From: Thermoanaerobaculia bacterium
GTDB taxonomy: Bacteria; Acidobacteriota; Thermoanaerobaculia; Gp7-AA8
Length of the DNA stretch: 63,522 nucleotides
Reading direction: 5' to 3'
NCBI GenBank assembly: GCA_036375135.1
Contig: DASUSL010000021.1
Span: forward strand, 1 to 63,522
A program made the position numbers and the translations under genes. Shown here in pieces: positions 39,752 to 49,062 of this stretch. Every line of letters starts with the position of its first letter. Position 1 is the first letter of the stretch. The notes below the pieces were generated by a model. It made no database searches. It had not been told where the DNA came from and saw only the letters and a program-made list of their open reading frames with translations.

Positions 39752-42217
39752 ATGCCCAAACGCTCGCGCATCAAAGACTTCCTCTGGCGGCACTCCGCCG
39801 GCCTCGCGTTCTTCGTGATGGTCGTCTTCGTGGCCTTCCTCGGCTACGTCGGCTACACCTACGTCACCATCACGAAGAAATTCGACGCGGCGCGGAAGTG
39901 GGATCTGCCGAGCCGCGTCTACTCCGACGCCACGCAGATCGTGCCGGGCATCGGCTATCCGCGCTCGCTGCTCGAGCCGAAGCTGAACCACGTCGGCTAT
40001 CACGAGGTCAAAGGGCGCGTCGAGAATCCGGGCGAGTACCGCTACGTCGGCGACGACCTGGAGATCTTCCTCAACAACTTCGAGTATCCGGACATGGAGT
40101 TCCACGCCATGCCGGTGCTCGTGGAGATGGACGGCGCGCGCGTGCGCGCGGTCAAGCGCCTCACCGACAACATCACCCTGCGCGGCGCGCGCATCGAGCC
40201 GGAGCTGATCACCTCGATCTACGACAACGAGATGGAGGACCGCGTCCCGGTCTCGCTCGGCGCCGCGCCCAAGGTCCTGATCGACGCCATCATCGCCACC
40301 GAGGACCGCAGCTTCTACTCGCACGAAGGGATCTCCATCCGCGGCACGCTGCGCGCGCTCTGGACTGACATCCGCACCAAGTCGCTCATCGCCGGCGGCT
40401 CGACGCTCACCCAGCAGCTCGTCAAGAACCTCTTCCTCACCGCCGAGCGCACCTTCACGCGCAAGGCGCAGGAAGCGCTGATGGCGGTGCTGCTCGAGCT
40501 GCGCTACGACAAGGAAGAGATCCTCGAGACCTACCTCAACGAGATCTACCTCGGGCAGAACGGCAGCGTGCAGATCGTCGGCGTCGAGCAGGCCGCTCAG
40601 GTCTACTTCGGGAAGAAGGTCACCTACCTCACGCTCCCGCAGGCGGCCACGCTGGCGGGGATGATCCGTTCGCCGAACGTCCTCTCGCCGCTCAAGTACC
40701 CGCAGCGGGCGAAGGATCGCCGCAACGTGGTGCTGGCCGGCATGCGCGACCTCGGCAAGATCAGCGAGCGCGAATACCAGGAAGCGATCGCCTCGCCCAT
40801 CGCCACGACGCGCTTCCCGAAGGTGTCGCGCAGCGCGCCGTTCTTCGTCGACCTCGTGCTCAAGCAGCTGCGCGAGACCTATCCGGACACGCAGCTCAAG
40901 ACCGACGGCCTGCGCATCTTCACCACGCTCGACACGATCATGCAGCGATCGGCCGAAGAGGCGCTCGACAACGGCATCGCCAACCTGTCGAAGAAGTACA
41001 AGCACATCCGCAACTCGCAGACGCCGCTGGAAGGGGTCGTGCTGACCATCCAGCCCGGCACCGGCTACGTGAAGGCGCTGGTGGGCGGGCGCAATTACTC
41101 GAAGACGCAGTTCAACCGCGCCATCCAGGCGCGCCGCCAGCCGGGCTCGCTCTTCAAGCCGTTCGTCTACGTGACCGGGATGGATCCCGCGCGCGGGCGC
41201 GACGTGCTGACCGCGTCGACGGTGCTCGACGACTCGCCGATCTCCGTGCAGGCCGGCGCCGCGGTGTGGCGTCCGCAGAACTACGACAACCGTTTCCACG
41301 GACGCGTGACCGTGCGCGAGGCGCTGGCGCACTCGTACAACATCCCCGCCGTGCGCGCGGCCATCGACGCCGGCGTGCCGAACGTCATCAAGACGGCGTC
41401 GAACATCGGCGTGGAGAGCAAGCTGCAGCCGTATCCGTCCGTGTCGCTCGGCTCGTTCGAGGTGACGCCGCTGGAGATCGCGTACGCCTACTCGGTCTTC
41501 GCGAACCTCGGCGTGAAGGCGGAACCGGTCACGATCCTGGCGGTCGTGCAGCGGGATGGCGTCATCCGCGAGACGCGCGAGGTGAAGATGAAGCGCGTCG
41601 CGCCGTCATCGGTCTGCTACGTGATGAACGACGTGCTCAAGGACGTCTTCAACTACGGCACCGCGGCGCGCGCCCGCTCGCTCGGCTTCGAGCACGCGTA
41701 CGCCGGCAAGACCGGCACGACCAACAACTATCGCGATGCGTGGTTCATCGGCTACTCGCCGCGCATCCTCTCGCTGGTGTGGGTCGGCTTCGACGACGGA
41801 CACTCCACGCGCCTGGCCGGCGGCGACGCCTGCATCCCCGTCTGGACGCGACACATGAACCGCATCGACGGCCTGATTCCGGACGTCGACTGGAAACGCC
41901 CCGACGACGTCAGCGAGCGCGAGATCGATCCCGCCTCCGGCATGCTGGCCACGCCGTACTGCCCGCGCACGCGCGGGGAGGTGTACGTCGCCGGCACCGA
42001 GCCGGACGCCGTCTGCCCGCTGCACGCCGGCAGCGGCGAGCCGAGCCCCTTCTGGCCCGAGTCGCCGGTGTACGAGACCGAGCGCCGCTCCGACGAGGCG
42101 GCCCCGTTCCCCGCCGACGCCGACGCGCAGCGCCGCGCCGAAGACGCGCGGAGGAAAGCGGCGCAGCGGGAGAACTCGGTCAAGCGCCTCCTGCGGCGCA
42201 TTTTTGGAGGCGGATAG
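39752..42217 (+). CDS. bifunctional class A penicillin-binding protein (PBP1A family)
   Basis: GT51 motifs EDRSFYSHEGI and GGSTLTQQ. Transpeptidase motifs SLFKPF (SxxK), SYN and KTGTT. N-terminal TM anchor. Confidence 0.9.
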   Translation: MPKRSRIKDFLWRHSAGLAFFVMVVFVAFLGYVGYTYVTITKKFDAARKWDLPSRVYSDATQIVPGIGYPRSLLEPKLNHVGYHEVKGRVENPGEYRYVGDDLEIFLNNFEYPDMEFHAMPVLVEMDGARVRAVKRLTDNITLRGARIEPELITSIYDNEMEDRVPVSLGAAPKVLIDAIIATEDRSFYSHEGISIRGTLRALWTDIRTKSLIAGGSTLTQQLVKNLFLTAERTFTRKAQEALMAVLLELRYDKEEILETYLNEIYLGQNGSVQIVGVEQAAQVYFGKKVTYLTLPQAATLAGMIRSPNVLSPLKYPQRAKDRRNVVLAGMRDLGKISEREYQEAIASPIATTRFPKVSRSAPFFVDLVLKQLRETYPDTQLKTDGLRIFTTLDTIMQRSAEEALDNGIANLSKKYKHIRNSQTPLEGVVLTIQPGTGYVKALVGGRNYSKTQFNRAIQARRQPGSLFKPFVYVTGMDPARGRDVLTASTVLDDSPISVQAGAAVWRPQNYDNRFHGRVTVREALAHSYNIPAVRAAIDAGVPNVIKTASNIGVESKLQPYPSVSLGSFEVTPLEIAYAYSVFANLGVKAEPVTILAVVQRDGVIRETREVKMKRVAPSSVCYVMNDVLKDVFNYGTAARARSLGFEHAYAGKTGTTNNYRDAWFIGYSPRILSLVWVGFDDGHSTRLAGGDACIPVWTRHMNRIDGLIPDVDWKRPDDVSEREIDPASGMLATPYCPRTRGEVYVAGTEPDAVCPLHAGSGEPSPFWPESPVYETERRSDEAAPFPADADAQRRAEDARRKAAQRENSVKRLLRRIFGGG

Positions 42218-42221
42218 AAGC

Positions 42222-42280
42222 AGTGCTGAGTGCTGCGTGCTGAGTTCCGCCCGCGGACTCAGGACTCAGAACTCACTCAG
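42222..42280. repeat. family C heptad-built hairpin
   Basis: Left arm AGTGCTG AGTGCTG CGTGCTG AGT. Right arm ACTCAGG ACTCAGA ACTCACT CAG. Lies between the PBP1A gene and mlaE. Confidence 0.85.
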
Positions 42281-42316
42281 GCCTCGACACTAATTGCGAA
42301 TAAACTCTGAACGCCC

Positions 42317-43126
42317 ATGACCACCGAAACCCTCGAACATCCCGATCCGCCCGGCTTTCTCGAGCGCATCCGCACGCGCGCGGACGGGATGTTCCTGTAC
42401 GTCGGCGGGATCGCCGATCTGGCCATCCAGGTCCTCCAGCAGGTCCGGCGCGGGCCGCTGGAGCGGTCGCTGATCCTGGCGCAGTTCGACCAGATCGGCG
42501 TGCGCTCGCTCTCCATCGTCATCATCACCTCCGCCTTCATCGGCATGGTGCTGGCGCTGCAGACCGCGTACGCGCTGCAGGACTTCGGCGGCAAGATGTT
42601 CGTCGGCATGATCGTCTCGCTCTCGCTGGTGCGCGAGCTGGCGCCGGTGCTGATGTCGCTGATGGTCGGCGGGCGTGTCGGCGCGGGCATGACCGCGGAG
42701 CTCGGGACGATGAAGGTCACCGAGCAGATCGACGCCATGCGCGCGCTGGCCACCAATCCGGTGCGCAAGCTGGTCGTGCCGCGCGTCATCGCCACGACCG
42801 TCATGTTCCCGCTGCTGACCGTGATCTCGATCTGCCTGGGCATCCTGGGCGGCATGATCATCGCCGTCTTCAACCTGAACGTCAGCGCGAACTACTACCT
42901 GCGCAGCGTGATCGAGTCGGTCAAGTACAACGACCTCGCCTCGGGCATCAGCAAGACGTTCTTCTTCGGCTTCTCGCTGGCACTCATCGCCTGCTACAAC
43001 GGCCTGCGCACGAGCGGCGGCGCGGACGGCGTCGGCCGCGCCACGACCACCACCGTCGTCACCGGCGCGATCACCGTTTTGATCATGGACTTCTTTCTCA
43101 CTAAGCTGTTCCTCTTCCTCTTCTGA
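42317..43126 (+). CDS. mlaE: MlaE-family ABC transporter permease
   Basis: Multi-TM protein with MlaE-like GAGMTAELGTMKVTEQIDAL(M) motif. Operon with an ATPase and an MCE protein. Confidence 0.85.
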   Translation: MTTETLEHPDPPGFLERIRTRADGMFLYVGGIADLAIQVLQQVRRGPLERSLILAQFDQIGVRSLSIVIITSAFIGMVLALQTAYALQDFGGKMFVGMIVSLSLVRELAPVLMSLMVGGRVGAGMTAELGTMKVTEQIDAMRALATNPVRKLVVPRVIATTVMFPLLTVISICLGILGGMIIAVFNLNVSANYYLRSVIESVKYNDLASGISKTFFFGFSLALIACYNGLRTSGGADGVGRATTTTVVTGAITVLIMDFFLTKLFLFLF

Positions 43127-43974
43127 TGACCGATACGTACGTCACCGACCGCCGCGCGGACCAACGGGGAACGGCCGACCGCCGGCGTCACCCGCGCGAG
43201 CCGTTCGTCGAGTTCCAGGACCTGCACAAGGCCTATGGCCCGAAGCACGTCCTGCGCGGCGCGACCCTCAAGGTCTACCGCGGCGAGGTGCTGGTCATCC
43301 TCGGCGGCTCGGGCACCGGCAAGTCGGTCACCCTGCGGCACATGCTCGGCCTCGAGGCGCCCGACTCGGGACGGGTCATCGTCGAGGAGGAAGACATCAC
43401 CGAGCTGCCCGAGGAAGAGCTGTACCGCGTGCGCAAGAAGTTCGGGATGCTCTTCCAGAGCGGCGCGCTCTTCGACTCCATGACCGTGTTCGAGAACGTG
43501 GCCTTTCCGCTGCGAGAGCACACGGAGATGAGCGAGGAAGAGATCACGCGCGCCGTGCGCGAGAAGCTGGAACTGGTCAACCTCCCCAACACCGAGCACC
43601 TCATGCCGGTCGATCTCTCCGGCGGCATGCGCAAGCGCGTCGGCCTGGCGCGCTCGATCGTGCTCGACCCGAAAGTGATTCTCTACGACGAGCCGACGAC
43701 CGGACTCGATCCCATCACCGCGCAGACCATCAACGAGCTGATCGTCGATCTGCAGGCCAAACTGAGCGTGACCTCGGTCGTCGTCACGCACGACATCCAC
43801 TCCGCGTTCTCGGTCGGCGACCGCATCGCGTTCCTGCACCAGGGCGTATTCGAATGGGTGGGCTCCATGGACGAGGCGCGGGACTCCGACCACCCGCGTC
43901 TCCGCGATTTCCTGAAGGCGAGCGCGGTCGTGGCCGCGCAACCGACGAAGACAGCAACGAGGAACGAGGGATGA
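43126..43974 (+). CDS. mlaF: MlaF-family ABC transporter ATP-binding protein
   Basis: Walker A GGSGTGKS, signature LSGGMRKR, Walker B ILYDEPT. The ATG overlaps the mlaE stop. Confidence 0.9.
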   Translation: MTDTYVTDRRADQRGTADRRRHPREPFVEFQDLHKAYGPKHVLRGATLKVYRGEVLVILGGSGTGKSVTLRHMLGLEAPDSGRVIVEEEDITELPEEELYRVRKKFGMLFQSGALFDSMTVFENVAFPLREHTEMSEEEITRAVREKLELVNLPNTEHLMPVDLSGGMRKRVGLARSIVLDPKVILYDEPTTGLDPITAQTINELIVDLQAKLSVTSVVVTHDIHSAFSVGDRIAFLHQGVFEWVGSMDEARDSDHPRLRDFLKASAVVAAQPTKTATRNEG

Positions 43975-44030
43975 GGGATGAGTAGCCATCGTGCGGCACC
44001 TCATGCCTCATGCCTCATTCCTCATACCTG
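43959..44030. repeat. family C heptad-built hairpin
   Basis: Left arm GAGGAAC GAGGGAT GAGGGAT GAGTAGC. Right arm CCTCATG CCTCATG CCTCATT CCTCATA CC. Overlaps the last codons of mlaF. Confidence 0.85.
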
Positions 44031-44036
44031 AACAAC

Positions 44037-45305
44037 ATGGCCAAAACTCAGAAAGAAAAATCGATCCGCGTCGGCCTGCTCGTCACCGTCGCGCTCTTCA
44101 TCCTGATGGTGTTCCTCTTCTTCATCGGGTCGGAACAGAAGATCTTCGCGCGCAAGAACGAGTACGAGGTGCGGCTGGAGAACGTGACCGGACTGGCCGA
44201 GGGAAACCCCGTGCGCATGTCCGGCGTGACCATCGGCGTCATCCGCGACATCAAGCTGCCGTACGACCCGAAGCAGAAACAGGTCGAGATCCTGCTGATG
44301 ATCGACCGCAAGTTCGCCGAGCGCATCCGCGGCGACTCGCGCGTGCGCCTCAAGAAGCTCGGACTGCTCACCGGCGACAGCTACATCGAGGTCACGCCGG
44401 GGACGCCGCGCTTCCCCGCGCTGGAGCCGGGCTCGCTGATCCTGTCGCAGCGGCAGACCGACGTCGAGGCGCTCATCACCTCGGGCGAGGACCTCGTCGA
44501 CAACTTCGTGCAGATCTCGTATTCGCTGAAGAACATCCTCCAGCGCATCGACCGCGGCGAAGGACTCATCGGCGAGCTCACCACCGCACCGGAGACCAAG
44601 CAGCGCATCACGGACACGTTCCTGACCACGCTGAACAAGACCAACGCCATCCTCGGCCACGTCGAAAGCGGCAAGGGCGTGGTGGGCAAGCTCGTCTACG
44701 ACGACGCGTACGCGGAGCAGCTCACCGGCTCTCTGGCCAACGCGGCGGTGTCGCTGCAGTCGATCACCGCCAACGTGCAGAAAGGCTTCGAAGGCAACGA
44801 CGGACTCGTGCCGGCGCTGCTGAACGATCCGGCGGCGAAGACGCGCGTGTACGAGGTGGTGGAGAACCTGCGCCTCACCTCCGCCAACCTGGCCGCGCTG
44901 AGCTCCTCGGTGCAGACCGGCCAGGGACTCGTGCCGCGCCTGCTCAACGACAAGGTGTACGCCGACCAGGCGCTGGGCGAGTTCACCACGCTCGTGCAGC
45001 AACTCAACGTGACCGTGGCCAAGATCAACAACGCCGAGGGAACGGCCGGCAAGATCATCGCCGACCCGTCGCTCTACGAGTCGATCAACGACATCCTCAT
45101 CGGCATCAACGAGTCGAAGCTCCTCCGCTGGCTGATCCGCAACCGCCAGCAGTCGGGCATCGAGAAGCGTGTCGAGGAGCGGGAGAAGACGCCCACGACC
45201 ACGCCCGCGCCGGTGGAGCCGAAGGCGCCGGACGTGCCGTCGTCGGTCGTGCCGCAGGTCGTGCCAGAACCCGAGCCGGAGACGCCGCCCCCGACGAACA
45301 CCTGA
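44037..45305 (+). CDS. mlaD: MCE/MlaD-family protein with long helical and Pro-rich C-terminus
   Basis: N-terminal TM (VGLLVTVALFILMVFLFFIG), MCE domain (GLAEGNPVRMSGVTIGVI). Start chosen at MAKTQKEK; the track start is 44010. Confidence 0.8.
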   Translation: MAKTQKEKSIRVGLLVTVALFILMVFLFFIGSEQKIFARKNEYEVRLENVTGLAEGNPVRMSGVTIGVIRDIKLPYDPKQKQVEILLMIDRKFAERIRGDSRVRLKKLGLLTGDSYIEVTPGTPRFPALEPGSLILSQRQTDVEALITSGEDLVDNFVQISYSLKNILQRIDRGEGLIGELTTAPETKQRITDTFLTTLNKTNAILGHVESGKGVVGKLVYDDAYAEQLTGSLANAAVSLQSITANVQKGFEGNDGLVPALLNDPAAKTRVYEVVENLRLTSANLAALSSSVQTGQGLVPRLLNDKVYADQALGEFTTLVQQLNVTVAKINNAEGTAGKIIADPSLYESINDILIGINESKLLRWLIRNRQQSGIEKRVEEREKTPTTTPAPVEPKAPDVPSSVVPQVVPEPEPETPPPTNT

Positions 45306-45313
45306 AGTCCCCT

Positions 45314-45413
45314 GTCATCCTGAGCCCCGTAGAGGGCGAAGGACCTCCTGCGCAAACGCACCGGCCGCGCCCGATGCAGGGGGTCCTCCGCCGTCTACGC
45401 GGCTCGGGATGAC
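45314..45413. repeat. family B-related nested inverted repeat (GTCATCCTGAGC variant)
   Basis: GTCATCCTGAGCCCCGTAGAGGGCGAAGGACC / GGTCCTCCGCCGTCTACGCGGCTCGGGATGAC, imperfect ~32-bp arms between mlaD and ugd. Confidence 0.8.
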
Positions 45414-45488
45414 ACGCTTCCGTGGTATACGATGCGCCCCGCGATTCGCCGGGCGCAGCACATTTCAATCTCTCCTCGGAGGCTCTCA

Positions 45489-46814
45489 TTGGACATCGCT
45501 GTCATTGGTACCGGGTACGTCGGTCTCGTCACCGGTGCCGGTCTGGCGGACTTCGGCAATGACGTGATCTGCGTCGACGTCGACGTCAGAAAAATCGACG
45601 CGCTGAAGAACGGCGTCATCCCCATCTACGAGCCGGGGCTGGACAACCTCGTCAGCAAGAACGTCAGCGAAGGGCGTCTCCGCTTCACCACCGATCTCGC
45701 GGACGCCATCCGCTCCGCGCGCGCCATCTTCATCGCCGTCGGCACGCCGCCGAAGCCGGACGGCTCGGCCGACCTTCGCTACGTCGAGGAAGTCGCGCAC
45801 TCGATCGCCGAGTACATGAACGGCCCCAAGCTGGTCATCACCAAGTCGACCGTGCCCATCGGCACGGGACACATGATCGAGCAGATCATCCAGTCGCACA
45901 ACACGGGGCACAAGGCGTCGATCGTCTCCAACCCCGAGTTCCTCCGCGAAGGCTCCGCCATCGAAGACTTCATGAAGCCCGACCGCGTGGTCATCGGCGC
46001 CTCCGAGCCCGAAGCCGCGGAGATGATGAAGGAGATCTACGCGCCGCTGCACTCGCTGGAGATCCCGTTCGTCGTCACCAACGTCGAGTCGTCGGAGCTG
46101 ATCAAGTACGCGGCCAACGGCTTCCTGGCGGTGAAGATCACCTTCATCAACGAGATCGCCCAAATCTGCGAGAAGGTCGGCGCGAACGTGCAGGACGTGG
46201 CCATCGGCATGGGCCTCGACACGCGCATCGGGCCGAAGTTCCTGCAGGCCGGCCCCGGCTACGGCGGCTCCTGCTTCCCGAAGGACACCTCTGCCATGGC
46301 CGACATCTCCCGCCGCCACGGCTACGACTTCCAGATCATCGAAGCGGTGCTCCGCGTGAACGAGGCGGTGAAGCTGCGCATGATCGACAAGGTCGTGGCC
46401 GCCCTCGGCGGCGACGTGAGTGGCAAGACCATTGCGATGCTCGGCCTCGCCTTCAAACCAGAGACCGACGACATGCGCGACTCTCCGACGATTCCCATCA
46501 TCAAAGGGCTGCAGCAGCGCGGCGCAACCATCCGCGCCTACGACCCGCAGGCGATGGAGAACGCGAAGTCCATCTTCAACGACGTGGTGTACTGCGATGA
46601 CGCGTACACGACGGCCGAGGGAGCGGACGCGCTGGTGCTGGCCACGGAGTGGAACGAGTTCCGCGCGCTCAACTTCGAGCGCGTGAACAAGGCCCTCCGG
46701 CAGCCGGTGCTCATCGACTTGCGCAACGTGTACGACCCGGCCCGCATGGCCGCGCACGGGTTCAGGTACTCGTCCGTGGGGCGCGTGGACGATCGGAGAA
46801 AGAAGCCTCGCTGA
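45489..46814 (+). CDS. ugd: UDP-glucose 6-dehydrogenase
   Basis: [14 protein letters not shown] Rossmann motif, catalytic [11 protein letters not shown] start 6 nt after GGAGG (45478-45482). Confidence 0.9.
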   Translation: MDIAVIGTGYVGLVTGAGLADFGNDVICVDVDVRKIDALKNGVIPIYEPGLDNLVSKNVSEGRLRFTTDLADAIRSARAIFIAVGTPPKPDGSADLRYVEEVAHSIAEYMNGPKLVITKSTVPIGTGHMIEQIIQSHNTGHKASIVSNPEFLREGSAIEDFMKPDRVVIGASEPEAAEMMKEIYAPLHSLEIPFVVTNVESSELIKYAANGFLAVKITFINEIAQICEKVGANVQDVAIGMGLDTRIGPKFLQAGPGYGGSCFPKDTSAMADISRRHGYDFQIIEAVLRVNEAVKLRMIDKVVAALGGDVSGKTIAMLGLAFKPETDDMRDSPTIPIIKGLQQRGATIRAYDPQAMENAKSIFNDVVYCDDAYTTAEGADALVLATEWNEFRALNFERVNKALRQPVLIDLRNVYDPARMAAHGFRYSSVGRVDDRRKKPR

Positions 46815-47749
46815 TGGGTCGTGCGCTGATCACCGGCGGTGCCGGATTCCTCGGATCGCATCTGTGCGATCTCTTCCTCGCGCGCGGGCACGAAGTGGTC
46901 TGCATGGACAACTTCCTGACCGGCTCGCCGAACAACATCAAACATCTTTTCGGGCGTGACGGCTTCACGTTCATCAAGCAGGACGTCACGCAGTACATCC
47001 ACATCGACGGGCCGCTCGACTACGTGCTGCACTTCGCCTCGCCGGCCAGCCCGATCGACTACCTGGAGAAGCCGATCCAGACGCTGAAGGTCGGCTCGCT
47101 CGGCACGCACAAGACCCTCGGCGTGGCCAAGGACAAGGGGGCGCGCTACATCATCGCCTCGACCTCCGAGGTGTACGGCGATCCGCTCGTGCACCCGCAG
47201 CGCGAGGAGTACTGGGGCAACGTCAACCCGGTCGGCCCGCGCGGCGTGTACGACGAGGCCAAGCGCTTCGCCGAGTCGATGACCATGGCCTACCACCGCT
47301 TCCACGGCGTGCAGACGCGCATCGTGCGCATCTTCAATACCTACGGCGAGCGGATGCGCGTCAACGACGGGCGTGTGGTGCCGGCGTTCATCTCCCAGGC
47401 GCTGCGCAACGAGCCGCTCACCGTCTTCGGGGACGGCTCGCAGACGCGCTCGTTCTGCTACGTCTCGGATCTGATCGAAGGGATCTACCGCCTGCTCATG
47501 TCGGACGAAGTGCAGCCGACGAACATCGGCAACCCCGCCGAGATGACCGTGCTGCAGTTCGCGCAGGTGATCCAGAAGCTCACCGGCACGAGCGCGCCGA
47601 TCGAGTTCCGCCCGCTGCCCGAGGACGACCCCAAGATCCGCCGCCCGGACATCACCAAGGCGCGGACGCTCCTGAACTGGGAGCCGCAGGTGCCGCTGGA
47701 AGAGGGGATCGGGCGGACGATCGAGTACTTCAGGTCGGTGGTGAGTTGA
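46814..47749 (+). CDS. UDP-glucuronate decarboxylase (UXS, SDR family)
   Basis: [22 protein letters not shown] catalytic motif. High similarity in layout to UXS1-type enzymes. The start overlaps the ugd stop. Confidence 0.88.
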   Translation: MGRALITGGAGFLGSHLCDLFLARGHEVVCMDNFLTGSPNNIKHLFGRDGFTFIKQDVTQYIHIDGPLDYVLHFASPASPIDYLEKPIQTLKVGSLGTHKTLGVAKDKGARYIIASTSEVYGDPLVHPQREEYWGNVNPVGPRGVYDEAKRFAESMTMAYHRFHGVQTRIVRIFNTYGERMRVNDGRVVPAFISQALRNEPLTVFGDGSQTRSFCYVSDLIEGIYRLLMSDEVQPTNIGNPAEMTVLQFAQVIQKLTGTSAPIEFRPLPEDDPKIRRPDITKARTLLNWEPQVPLEEGIGRTIEYFRSVVS

Positions 47750-47788
47750 TCCGGGCATAGGGATCGCAGTAGCATCAATGCGATCAAT

Positions 47789-48400
47789 ATGAGCGCCAGC
47801 GCACTCGCTGTCGAGGAAAGCTCCAGCCGGCCCGTTCTGGTCGCCGTGACGTTCAGGCCCAACGAGGAGTGGGAGCGCAGGCTCCTGCAACTCCGGCTGA
47901 CCGTCGTACTGCAGTACGTCCTCCGGCGCCGCGAATACTTTGAGCAGATGTCGCGGATGGTCGAGGCGATGATGCCGCTCACGCCGGTGCCGCTGCCGGT
48001 GGAGGCGCTGCAGGCACGCCGCAACGCGGAATTCCGCGCGAACGTATTGCGCGAATTCGGCGCGCTCACGAGCGCGCAGGTGGGGGAGTGGGCCGGCTCG
48101 AAGTCGCCCAATCGTGCGGCGCTCGCACACAAGTGGAAAAGCGAACGACGCATCTTCTCGGTACCGCATCAGGGGACGAATTACTTCCTCGGATTTCAGT
48201 TCGATGCCGAGGGGCAGCCGCTTCCGGTGATCGCCGATGTCATCCGCATTCTCCACGAGCTCTCGCCGTGGGAGCTTGCGGGCTGGTTCACGCGGAACGA
48301 CGGATATCTCGGCGGCCGGCGCGCGGTGGAACTGCTGACGAGCGAGCCGGCACGCGTGATCTTCGCAGCCGAGCGAGAGGCCGAAGGGGTTGTCTTCTAG
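47789..48400 (+). CDS. Xre/MbcA/ParS-type antitoxin (DUF2384 C-terminal domain) with extended N-terminus
   Basis: C-terminal WFTRNDGYLGGRRAVELLTSEPARV matches the DUF2384 toxin-binding signature. It overlaps the RES gene by 11 nt. The true start may be an internal Met (e.g. MSRMVEAMMP). Confidence 0.65.
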   Translation: MSASALAVEESSSRPVLVAVTFRPNEEWERRLLQLRLTVVLQYVLRRREYFEQMSRMVEAMMPLTPVPLPVEALQARRNAEFRANVLREFGALTSAQVGEWAGSKSPNRAALAHKWKSERRIFSVPHQGTNYFLGFQFDAEGQPLPVIADVIRILHELSPWELAGWFTRNDGYLGGRRAVELLTSEPARVIFAAEREAEGVVF

Positions 48401-49034
48401 ACTGCGACTGCCTCCCGATCCGTTCGATCTGGAGTGCAACTTCGAGATGTGGCCGGCGGACAAGCCGATCATCCGCGTGCACGACTCGTCGTTCGGAGCG
48501 ACGGAGTTCAATCCCGGAAAAGGCGAAGGGCGCTTTCATCCGCTCGTCGCTCGCGGCACGCCGGTTCCGACGCTTTACGGCTCCGGTACTTTCGACGCTG
48601 CAGTGTCCGAAACGATCTTTCGTTCCGTGCCGGTGACGGCGCCCCACAGATACATCACTCAGTGGAGCCTCATGCCGATCGTTTCTTGCACGTTGATGCC
48701 GGTGCGGCCGCTGCAACTCGTGCAACTGCGAGGGAGCGGCCTTCGCAAACTGCAGCTCGCGCGCGTGGAGATCATCGACACGGAAGCGGACCAGTATCCA
48801 CTGACGCGCGCCTGGGCCGCCGCGCTCTACGCCGCGTATCCCGAGGCCGACGGCTTGATCTGGATGTCACGGCAGCACGACATGTCCGAAGCCATCGTGT
48901 TGTTCGGCACGCGCGTGCAGCGCGAAGACCTCATCGTCGCCGCGCCGCCGCGAGCGCTCTACCCTCCGGGCGATGGCTGGCATGACGTTCTTGTCGCGGC
49001 CGAAGCGGCGGGCATCATGATCCTCGACCTGTGA
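48390..49034 (+). CDS. RES-domain toxin (NAD-targeting MbcT/ParT-like)
   Basis: Candidate R-E-S triad in GEGRFHP, AAVSETIF and IWMSRQ. Size and pairing with a DUF2384 gene fit. The start is TTG at 48390 or ATG at 48447. Confidence 0.7.
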   Translation: MSSRLRLPPDPFDLECNFEMWPADKPIIRVHDSSFGATEFNPGKGEGRFHPLVARGTPVPTLYGSGTFDAAVSETIFRSVPVTAPHRYITQWSLMPIVSCTLMPVRPLQLVQLRGSGLRKLQLARVEIIDTEADQYPLTRAWAAALYAAYPEADGLIWMSRQHDMSEAIVLFGTRVQREDLIVAAPPRALYPPGDGWHDVLVAAEAAGIMILDL

Positions 49035-49062
49035 CCGCAAACTTTTTCCGGCTCGCTACGTA

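Noticed and set aside
37502-41332. 1276-aa minus-strand ORF, the longest in the track
   Set aside because: It is antisense to the well-supported S46 peptidase and PBP1A genes. The translation is Arg/Ala/Gly/Leu/Val-rich low-complexity sequence with no motifs. This is a typical high-GC shadow ORF.
46538-48511. 657-aa minus-strand ORF over the ugd end, the UXS gene and the antitoxin
   Set aside because: It is antisense to two highly conserved sugar-nucleotide enzymes and has no motifs.
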